DNA of 64,000 bases from the human T2T-CHM13v2.0 reference genome, Homo sapiens. Position numbers and translations under genes: made by a program. Of the stretch, positions 53,043-64,000 are shown piece after piece. Location of the stretch: the NCBI RefSeq assembly GCF_009914755.1, contig NC_060941.1; one strand, given 5' to 3'. A model generated the notes under the pieces. That model did not search any database. It was not told the origin of the DNA and saw only the letters and a list, made by a program, of their open reading frames with translations. Numbering within the stretch: position 1 is the first letter of the stretch; each line of letters opens with the position of its first letter.

Positions 53043-56000
53043 TCCTTCCTTTTAAAATTCAAAAATCTTAATTTTAAAAAGTCTTAACTCAGAGTAGTGG
53101 TTTCTTTAAGATCTCGAATGAGTTAGTGATAGTGCTTGAACAAAGATCCAAGACACCTGCACTTTTATTTGTTTACTGACAAGATGAAGATTATTCTTCC
53201 TTACATGGCTTTGTAGATTTTGGTGTTGTATCCAAAGAGGAAATTGTATTAAAATATCTGAAAAAACTGGAACCACATCTTCCTGCTATAAGATACAGAT
53301 TTTAAAGATTAAAGATGGAAATGTTGATAGCTTCAGAATAATTTATTTTGGACAAGGATACATGTAATGCCCATGTTGCTCATATTGTATATTGTATAAC
53401 AAGGTAATATGAATATTTCAAACTCACTGTGCTGTTTATGATGAACATAGCAGTTAAAAGTTGGTGCTATTGCTTCATTCATTTACAATTTTTCTATCAC
53501 TCCATTATTCTGCTTATTTATTATTCTTTTATTATTCAATTTATTATTCTATTCATTTATCAATTATTCTATTTAGCTATTTTATTATTGTTATATATTA
53601 TACATCTTATATATAATATATAAATAAATATATATAATATATAAATGTAAATTGTATATATATATATTTGAGACAGGGTCTGGCTCTGTTACCCAGGCTA
53701 AAGTGTTGGGGAGCGATCTTGGTTTACTGCAACCTCTGCCTCCTGGGCTCAAGAGATCCTCCCCCTTTGTCCTCCCTAGTAGCTGCATGCACCACCACAC
53801 CTGGCTAATTCTTGTGTTTTTTGTAGAGATGGGGTTTCATCATGTTGCCCAGGCTGGTTATTTATCTTCTATTTTACATTATCAGTAGTAAGTCAACTTT
53901 TATCAATTATTTAATATTTATTGAGCATCTTGCAAAAACATTCTGCTAAACCTTGGGAATAAAACTAACAAGTAATAGTCCCTGCTCTTAAAGAATTTCA
54001 TATATAAGCCTGGTCAATATATCGAGAACTTGTCTCTACAAAAAGAAATTAAAAAGTTAGCTGGGCATAGTAGTGCATACCTGTAGTCCTGGCTACTCAG
54101 GAGGCTGAGGCGGGAGGATCACTTGAGTCCAGGAGTTTGAGGTTAGGGTGAGATAGGATTGTGCCACTGCATTCTAGCCTGGGAGACAGAGGCAGGGGGG
54201 TGGGGGTGGGGCAGTGGGGAGAAACCCTTCATGTATAATTTTTGTTGTATTTTATATAATCACAGCAAGTCTTCTCTTACATATTCTTCACCATGTTCAG
54301 TAAGTGTCCGAAAAATAATTTGCATTTTTTTTTCGCCTGCTGAGAAACAGTAGGGAGATATTATTAATTGTCCAAGTGTTGACCTAGAGGAAGACTCTGG
54401 GCTGCAGATGGCTGATTTATCATCTTCCCTTGTTGGCAAATAGCTGCCCTAGTTACAGACCCAGTTTCCATGTTTCTTGGTACCAGAAGCTCACTTTGCC
54501 ATCCCACTACCTACTTCCAGTCCACCTTCTGCCACAGACTTGCAACCATGTCCTGCTGCCCAGTAGAACCCAGATTCTCTCCCCAGTTTGCTGAAGTTTT
54601 GTGCTGCTGCTTTGCTGCTAAAACCAAAACCCCATCTGTCATCTGCTGCTAAAAAGTTGTGCCATCTCCATAAGGTCCAATCACCCAAATTCCTTTCCAC
54701 CACCAAACCGTCGAGACCAGTGTAGGAGACGCTGTAGGGGAGCACGTCTATGTCTCTGCCATTGACTGCTCCAGTGTTCTAGAGTGTTAACATCATAAGT
54801 GGGGCACCTATTCCATCTTAAATTCAACAACGCTATTGAGCACTTCCTCTGTGGTAAGTACTGAGCTGGGAGCCAGGGATAGCACTTTGATAGATCAATA
54901 GAATTTCAGCTACATGTGGTTTAAATAGGGTATTGTGGAATTTTATAACTATTTATACCATTGCTTCTGTGGAGAATTACATCAAGTTCTGAAAGGTCAG
55001 CATGGCATGGCAGCTAAAAAATCCTGGAGCCACATTTTTGTACTTCCAGCTCCCCACTGATTATTTGGCTATTTACTAGATGTGTGACCTTCAGCACGTG
55101 ACATAACATCTCTGTGCCTTCATTTTCTCATCTGTAAGTTGAAGACAATAGCTCCTGCTTCATAAAATTATCACAAGGATTAAATAAGATATGTTTGTAA
55201 AGGACCAGGAGTAATTCCTGGCATACAGGATGTGTGAAATATATTATTAAATAAAAACATTTATTAACAACTCTTGGAATACAACCTTCTTTTGGATGAT
55301 TGAGAACTGCTTTTGTTTTTAATGACAAATGGATGTAATCAATAACCATTATGGCTATCTATAAGATTTTAATGACTAGCAGCTGTTAACTTCAAAAATA
55401 GAAAGCAAGATTATGTTGCAATGCATTATTTTTTTTTATTTTAAAAGCCCCTCCTAACAATTACATCTAATAAAGAGGTTGAAGAGTGTAGGTTTTTTTG
55501 CTTGACTCATCAATTCTTCAATTAGTGGATAATACTTGTTGTAATTTTTGGCTGGACCAAATCCCTGCTGACTTTGTTGAGTGAGCAGCTTGTTTAATAC
55601 TGTACCCTGGTAACTGAGGGTTTCCCAGACCATCTGTTCTTCATGTGGGAAAAGCCCACTGTTGTAGAAGTTGGCCTTTACATCTCGACACTACCTAAAC
55701 TGCAGGTCTGTTCATCATCATGGAAAGCTACACCACCTACACCGCTATCCCTAATCTGCCTCAAGTGCCACTTTTCAAAAATATGTCCTAATGATTTATC
55801 AGATTAAACACGTTTGGCTCCTTTAAATAAGACATCATTTTCTTGTCTAACCTCTTCTGCTATCGATGCTTTTGCATTTCTACATCACTTTTGCAGTTTT
55901 CAGCTACATTTGTATGTGTCATTGTAAGTGAATACTTACTAGAGCTGTGAGAGGCAATGAGGGCATTTTACAGAGAAGAAAACTGAGGCTCAAAAGTTAT

Positions 56001-57653
56001 GTTTTCCTCTATGCAATACAATCTGTTACTGCAAGAATCAGGATTAGAATCTGAGTCTCTTGATTCCCACCCAACACTCATTTTCCTACCTAAAGTCCCC
56101 TGAGGTACAGGGCTTATGGTTGCCACCTTCGCTGATAGTCTCTGAGGGTGTGTCACTGACCATCCATTTACCTTGAGGAGGTGCTAGGCTGAAAGGTGTA
56201 CACGCCTGCAGAGATGAAGTTTATGGGTAAAAAACATGGTTCTCCCAGTTTTTATGATTCCTTACACATGAAATTCAGTGTTCCTCCATAAGTTCTGTCC
56301 CTTTGTAGTGATTTAAAAATTATCACCACATATTTTATGTTTCATAATATTTTATTTTTTGGGGGAAAGAAAGAACATCTTTGTGTATATTTGTGTTTTA
56401 ACTGTGACACAGGCAGATACAGTAATGCGGTTTTATAACATTAAAATTTTAATCCTTTTTAATGAGTAATATTTTCTTACCTTTTACTCTAATTTCACCA
56501 ACTTTGCTTTCAGATCTTCCTTGTGAGACAAGTTTGGTGAACATTATAATTAAACAAAACTTCCCATGAAATCTACCAATTTTCCTATGATTCTGAGAAT
56601 CATACTTGTTTCAATAACCGAGAGGCATTCTGTCTTTGTCTTGGTGAATTCTCCTTAGTGAAGTGAATATATTTTATTTTCTCTTCATTGGCATTAACCA
56701 GTGGCATAAAATTAAACATTTTTGGTTTGCGTTGCAGAAAAGACGTGACATCTGATAGTTTGTTGCTATGCCTGCCCATAAGTTTTGAAATCATTTTCTA
56801 TAAAATTGCTTTTTGTGGAATAACTTTCAAGGGGTTGAGTTTTTTGAAATCCTTGCCAAATTCCTGGGGTAGTGTGTTGAGTGGGAAGAACACTGGACTA
56901 ATAATTTGTAGACCTGGGTTCAAATTCTGTACTTTCACTAAATTGCTTGTGACCCAGGACAAAACAAGTAACATCTCTAATCTGGATCTTGATCTATAAA
57001 TGATCATCACACTTCTTGTAAGGGTTTTGTGAAGATCAACTTTTACTTTTTGTCTGTATATTAAAATCCTAAACTAATATATAAACGTAAAGTATAATCA
57101 CTATTAAATTAATTGCCAGTGTTTGTTTTCTTAAGTTCTGTCTCTAGACGTTAAGAAAAATCTATATTGTAGGTGAAGAGGAAGGGAAGAGTGGGTTTTA
57201 TGTCTTGGAAGATAAATTTTTATGTTAGATTTAAGGCAGTACCCATTTGTAATTTTGTCTTGCATTTCTGGGTCTAGAAACTTAATTGTGGCAATAGATT
57301 GAAAATACTACTTTCTGATATGTTTGAAACATGCCTATTTGCATTGCTTGAATTTCCCACTTTTGCTTTAATCACCTGGAAAATGGTTTCAGTGAATGTA
57401 AGTTTTTCTTAAGCTTGCCCTGATTCAATTATTTCTCACACAAAAACTTCATCCCTCTTCTATAGTCAAAGATTCCGAACACTGTTAGATCCCTCTGAGC
57501 CTGAGTGGAGATTTAGGTACTCTCAGGGGTAATTGTCTTTATTTTCTGCTGAGGTGACTTCTGTAGAAAGATCTCAAGTCTTTTCTGCAATTAGGCTTTG
57601 CATACATGCATGTGCCGAAGATTGGCAGGAACTCAGCAGATGCTAAATATTAA

Positions 57654-58302
<649 letters not shown>

Positions 58303-58462
58303 TGAGCTGTATGTGACGACAGAGCCTAGATGTCCAAGGGTATGGAGGGCTTGAGTGTGGGGTGCTCATGCATGCTGGCAGTTGGGGGTAGGACTTGTAG
58401 GGGATGAATGTGCTGAAGTGAAACTCCGTACTATCTTGGGGCTCTGCACAGGAGACCTCTTC

Positions 58463-59060
58463 TGCAGGAAAGGGTTAACTCAGCAGGCTTGGGGTGTTTA
58501 GATCTTGCACATACCAAAGAAAGGCGTAGCCCTTACCCAGCTCTTGGGGAAAAAGCTCTCAGCTTTGGAATATTCTGCCTGATAGGAGTGTCTTTGTATA
58601 CCTGGGGCTTTAGGCCACGGCAGAGAGTTTATGCTAACAGTGTGACTTATAGTGGCGTTCTTGGGCTACGCTGTATCAGTTTGACTTCTGGAGGGGCTGC
58701 AGACTGAGTAACTGAGGTGAACCATGTGGGCGTCCCATACCTAAGTGACTGACCCCCAATAAAAACTCTGGACACCAAGGTTTGGGCAAGCTTCTCTGGT
58801 TGACATTACTATGTATGCATTGTCACACATCATTTCTGGGAGAATTAAGTGCTGTTTTTTGTGACTCCATGTGAAAGAACAATTGGAAGCTTATGCCTCG
58901 TCTCTCCTGGACATGGCCCTATGTGCCTTTTGCCTTTGCTGATTTTAATGTGTATCCTTTTACTGTAATAAACCATAACCATGAGTATAACATTTTTCTG
59001 AGATCTGTGAGTCCTTCTAGTGAACCATTGAAATTGAGGATGGTCTTGGGGGCCCCAACA
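58463..59060 (+). mobile_element. ERVL LTR of the MER77/MER68/MER21 group
   Basis: ggaaagggttaactcagcaggc start; ccccaataaaa; gtcttgggggcccc end. Confidence 0.65.
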
Positions 59061-60924
59061 TACCCCTATAGAATGGAGCTCAGAAAAAGTAGAAGGGTGT
59101 TTCTTTTCTCCCTTTTTGGATAGAAACTTCCAAGTAATTGTAGCATATCATGAGACTTGAGAGTATCAGTGGCCTAGTGCAGAGCATTAAATTATAGTGG
59201 AAAAGACTGGTAGCCAGAGGTTTTGTATGTAGTTTTTTATAGGTGGCAACTAAATAACTAGAAAAATTAAATTAGTGCATCAATGTTAAGAAGACTTCAT
59301 GGATCCCTGTAAACTGGTGGAGAGTGAGGACTTCTGGTTATGTTTCAGTTACTAAATCCTCTAGGTAATTTACAAATTATAGCCATGCTCTCTTAGGTAT
59401 ATAAATATACCTCTTTCCATATTAAGCAGAATGCCCTCAAGAACCAATGTGGTTACATTTTTCTTCCCTTTTTGGAAAGCTTTCAATTACTTCCTACCTT
59501 TGACACTAGTTCAGGCATGTTAACCACCTTGCCACATAGAACCTCCCATCTGAGCAGGAAGGTTTAGGCTGCAATGAGTGCCGTGTTCCTGCAGGTATAA
59601 GTATCACAGAGGACAGGATTAGGAACAGTGCTCTCTGTATGTTCTTTGTAGACTTGCCATTTTGGCAACACAGTCATTGGAACTAGGTCATTTTCTCCTG
59701 AATATTTTTGTTTTAATTGGCTAATTTATTCAACTCATTGTCTGAGTCTTATGGTAAAGTAGGGAGAATTGTCATTCACCTTTAAGAGGATTGATAAGGC
59801 TGGGCGTGGTGGCTCATGCCTGTCCCAGCACTTTGGGAGGTTAAGGAGGGAGGATTGCTTGAGCCCAGAGATTTGAGACTAGACAAGGCAACATAGGGAG
59901 ACCCCATCTCTACAAAAATAAATAGATAAGTAAGAGAATTGATAAGATGAAATCTCTCATTCTTCTTACTAGAAATGCCTCTGAATCAACCACTTCTCAT
60001 GGGGCATTAGTTTCCTCAAGGGGAAATGACACGGACTAGTCTCTAAGCTCTCTTTTATCTTTAAACTTCTCTGATAACATACAATTAATTTTTAAATTTT
60101 TATTTCCTTTTCACCGTAGTAGCTACATTGATTGAGGGTTTAATATGAACCAGACACTCTCCAAAGCGCATAGATTAGATATTTAATCATCACACCAACT
60201 CTCTGAATAGGTGTTAATATTATTATCACCATTTTACAGGTGAGGAAATTGAGAGACAAGGTAATCAGATAACTTGCCCAAGAAAACACAGCTAGAAAGG
60301 GGTAGAAATAGTTTTAAATCCAGAAAATTCGAGGCTTGTTCCCTTAACCACTCTTCAGTGTTGCCTTCTCTGACAAGTAAGGGACTACATTTTCTTTAGC
60401 TTGATATATTCCTTTGATGCATTAATAAAATGAATTAGAGGAAAAGGTCCAAGCCATGGTGCTCTGACCTGCTCACTGAGGCTGGAACCACTCAGCTGTA
60501 GTCTGAATCCTCATAGGACTACCGCTCCTGATCACGTTCTCATGCCCTGGAAATTGATCACCTGGAATTGTGGAAATAGTTCTATGTACAACCACTAGGC
60601 CATTCCTGAGGCTACAAATGGTTTCTGAAATATTTTCTAAGACGTGAATAAGAAAAAAGCAAGGGAAAATGAATAAAACCAGGTGTGATATCCAAAATAG
60701 TTAACAATTATATGGCATGGACATGGATGAGTCAGAATGAATACTAGCAGCTGGTAAGTCTGGATTGGGGTCCTGGACCCCCCCCCCCGCTGTGCCTAGC
60801 ATGTTTGGTTACTGATGGTGTACAGGGGGTCATGGGCAAGCCCTGCGGCCATCGTTGAGGCCATTCAGAGGGCCTCTGGGCAGTGGCTACTTATCAGCCC
60901 TATGAGCTATTTTGGTATTTTATT

Positions 60925-61213
60925 ATATTATTTATTTATTTAGAGACAGGGTTTCAATCTGTCGCCCAGGCTGGAGTGCTGTGCTCACTGCAACCTCGAC
61001 CTCACAGGTTCAAGCAATCCTCCTGCCGCAGCCCCTCAAGTAGCTGGGACGACAGGAGCGCACCACCAGTCCTGGCTTATTTTCTGTATTTTTTGTAGAG
61101 ACGGGGTTTTGCCATATTGCCCAGGTTGATCTCAAAATCTTGAGCATAAGCAATATGCCTGCCTTGGTCTCCCAAAGTGCTAGGATCACAGGCGTGAGCC
61201 ACTGTGACCGGCC
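60925..61213 (-). mobile_element. AluJ-like
   Basis: Alu consensus match. Confidence 0.88.
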
Positions 61214-62702
61214 AATTTTGGCATTTTAATGACTTGTGCCGGCACCTTTGTGGCCCTTGCTGTAACTTTGTACAAATTAGAAGAATATGCCTCCTTTCCT
61301 GGGCCCTCAGCTTGGAACATGGAGTGTGGGCTGGGCACCTTAGTGCAGGGAGTAACCTGCCAAACCTCATAGGAGACCTTTGTAATAAATATTCTCTGTT
61401 GAGAGTGGAAAGGGAAGTGCATATCAGAACTTCTAGTAGGGCTGGGATGCTGTTTCCACATTTACCCCAAAGGGACATACATTCAGCTGAGCTGCTTTAT
61501 AACATGATCAGCAATGGTCATTCTTTGCAGTTTGGCTACGTTACTACAGAATGGTTTCTAGTTATGATACAGATTATGGCCCAAATTTTTGCCTACATTA
61601 TCTCAGGAAAACTACTGTATAATCTGTCCCTTTTCCCTGATTGATTATCTGATTGTCTTTAATAGATGCCTTTGGATATTTATGAAGCTAAGTATGGTAC
61701 AGGGTAGAGTAATCCTAGTTTATTTTGGTACTGAAGAGCTTCAATAATTAATTATTTAAATTCCTTTTAGGGTGAATCTGAATAAAGTCTTTAGTTTAGT
61801 TGATAGTACTGTACTAGTGTTAATTCTTAGTTTTGACAAATGTACTGTAGTTACATAAGATATTAATACTAGAAGATATTGGATAAAGAATATGTAGTAA
61901 CTCTCTACTGTCTTTGCAACTGTTATGTAAATCTAAAATTATTTCAAAATAAAAGGTTTTAAGACAAAACAAAACAAAAATTAAATTCCTTTTAGGCCTT
62001 AGGTGCTGCTTCGAATTAGTTTTGATACAACTTGAGTCATATCATTCATTAATTCAGCTCTGAGTCTAGTACTGTGCTAGGTGGTAAGGATTTGAAGATG
62101 ATTGAAACAGCCCCTGTTTGCAACAGCTTACACTGGGCCAAATCATGAGATGAATGGATAAACTGGCAATTCCAACACAGAGTGAAGATACGGTCCAAAG
62201 GTGCTATAGGATGGGTGTTCTGGGAGGACCCCCACAGGAGAATGAGTAGAAACCTTCACAAACAGCCCATGCTTCCACCATATCATGTGTAGGTTACTGC
62301 AAGAGTCCCCTGCATCCACTTCAGCCTTCCTGCATTCTCCGCACTGCAAGTGGAGTGATTTTTCCAGAATCATGGCACTCTGGGGTCTGAACATACCCAT
62401 GGCTTCCCGCTGAACTTCGAATGAAGTCCAGATTCCTCCATGGCCTCATCTGATCCTCCCTCTTCTTTGCTCGCTCTGCTCCGGCCACTCTGGCCATGCT
62501 TCTATTTGTGGGACATGCCAGCCTTTTTCCTGCCATGCTGGGATCTGTGCGCAAGCTGCCTGCAGAGCTTCTTGTGATTGATTCCTTCACATCATTTGGG
62601 CCTCAACTCAAACGTCACCCCTCTGAGAAGTCTTCAGTGACCACCCTTTTCAAAGGAGCCACCCCACTCCTGTATTGGTCATGTTTTTAATTTTCTATAT
62701 TT

Positions 62703-63180
62703 TATGATATTTCAATACCTCCAAAACTTGCTGGCTGGGGAGAGAACGCCCCTCCCTGTGCTAGCCAATTTTTAGAGGTAGCAAAGGGCTCAGCCAGGAG
62801 CACATCTTTCTTCCACAAACCAGTTAATCCTGAGTCTAGAGCTCCAACCACCTCCTTATCTAATTCACACACCAAGCCATATTTCCCCTGCCTTACATCA
62901 CCCCAGGGCCAGGTACCAGGCACCTTATAGACCAAAGCACACTGGAATTAATTCAAACCAGTCTGTCTTAAGCTGCCTACCCTACCCTGCCTTGGCTCTC
63001 CCGTGGAAACCCCAATAAAGGCTCTGGTCTAGGCTCTTTCTCCTCATTCCTTTCTGCCTCCTGGCCCACATCGGTGCTCCCCACGTGGTCTTGCACAGAA
63101 TGACATGCTTCCTTCTCTGGGAAACGTAAGTAATACAAATCTTTAGTGGCACTGTCCCCTCTGTATTGTCACTCAGTTGT
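62703..63180 (+). mobile_element. ERVL LTR (MER54/73/74-like) within L2 sequence
   Basis: ccccagggccaggtaccagg and aaaccccaataaaggctct motifs; L2 remnants on both sides. Confidence 0.5.
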
Positions 63181-64000
63181 GCCTGTAAATTAAATCCCAG
63201 GTATCATCTTAATACACAAGCTCCATGAAAGCAGGGGCCAGTTTGTCTGGATTCCCCTAGATTCACACTCCCATAGGATTGAAGTGGGCACTGTATTGAT
63301 ATCTGTTGACCAAACTAATGGATAACAGACATCAGTCATCCTTTGCTCAAACTGATGTATCCACATTTTTCTACAAAGATTAAAGGAGAAATGGAACCGA
63401 GTTGGAATTATTTCACACAAAAACTATGAATACACAGTTTTTAGTTAATATTTGTAAGCATTCTCCAAGGGGCAGAGTGATAGGTGTTTTAAAAGAACAA
63501 ATCAGAAATGTTTGCAGAATAAAGGTGGTGACTATGAAATATCAATTTCAATGCTATCTTCCACCTTCTCTTAGAATATCCCTAACTGAATATACATCCA
63601 CCATTTGGGCAGTTTTATTACCTGTGCAGGTCTATGCGGATATAACTTTAAGCTTAAGTAAGGACAGATGCAATATTATAAGATTTGGTTTCCCTATGAA
63701 GTAAGACTTTATCTAGTAAGACATTAATGTAAATACCTGAAAATCTCATAATTGCTATGAACCAAGAATTAGCAATGACAGAAGCCACAGTGGCAGATGG
63801 AAGAGAAACAGCTTTGCTAGGGAGCCATGAAGACACACTGGCTACACTGTGTTAGTGGAAGCTCTGGAAACATCTCCAGAAAGTTGTTTTCTTTCTGCAA
63901 CATAGTAATTATTCTATTTCAAAAATCACTTTCCAAATGAAGTAGTTCTATTACTGAATAAGAGTCTTATTTTTGAGAACATTCTTGATTATTGTTATTA

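Overview
Human-like (hominid) genomic DNA, Alu/L1/LTR-rich, from the start of the type I keratin cluster (human chr17q21). Three type I keratin loci lie in tandem on the minus strand: a heavily decayed pseudogene (about 5.9-13.8 kb, probably KRT224P), KRT24 (8 exons, CDS 22602-28024) and a KRT24-paralogous pseudogene (about 41.8-46.3 kb, probably KRT223P). Main observations: (1) KRT24 exon 2 here is 82 nt instead of the canonical 83 nt, giving a frameshift and early stop (p.Asn222LysfsTer11), so none of the three keratin loci on this haplotype has an intact ORF. (2) KRT24 intron 2 contains a circularly permuted, A-tailed copy of the gene's own intron 4/exon 5. (3) KRT24 and its pseudogene paralog are about 88% identical in exons 1 and 6 but about 70% in exons 2 and 5, suggesting exon-restricted gene conversion. 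(4) A solo LTR6-type LTR points antisense into the KRT24 3' end. (5) There is a piggyBac-type transposase fossil, plus several local templated duplications and inversion scars. Gene and repeat family names come from recall of known sequences, not from database searches. Repeat boundaries are approximate. Percent identities are hand counts.
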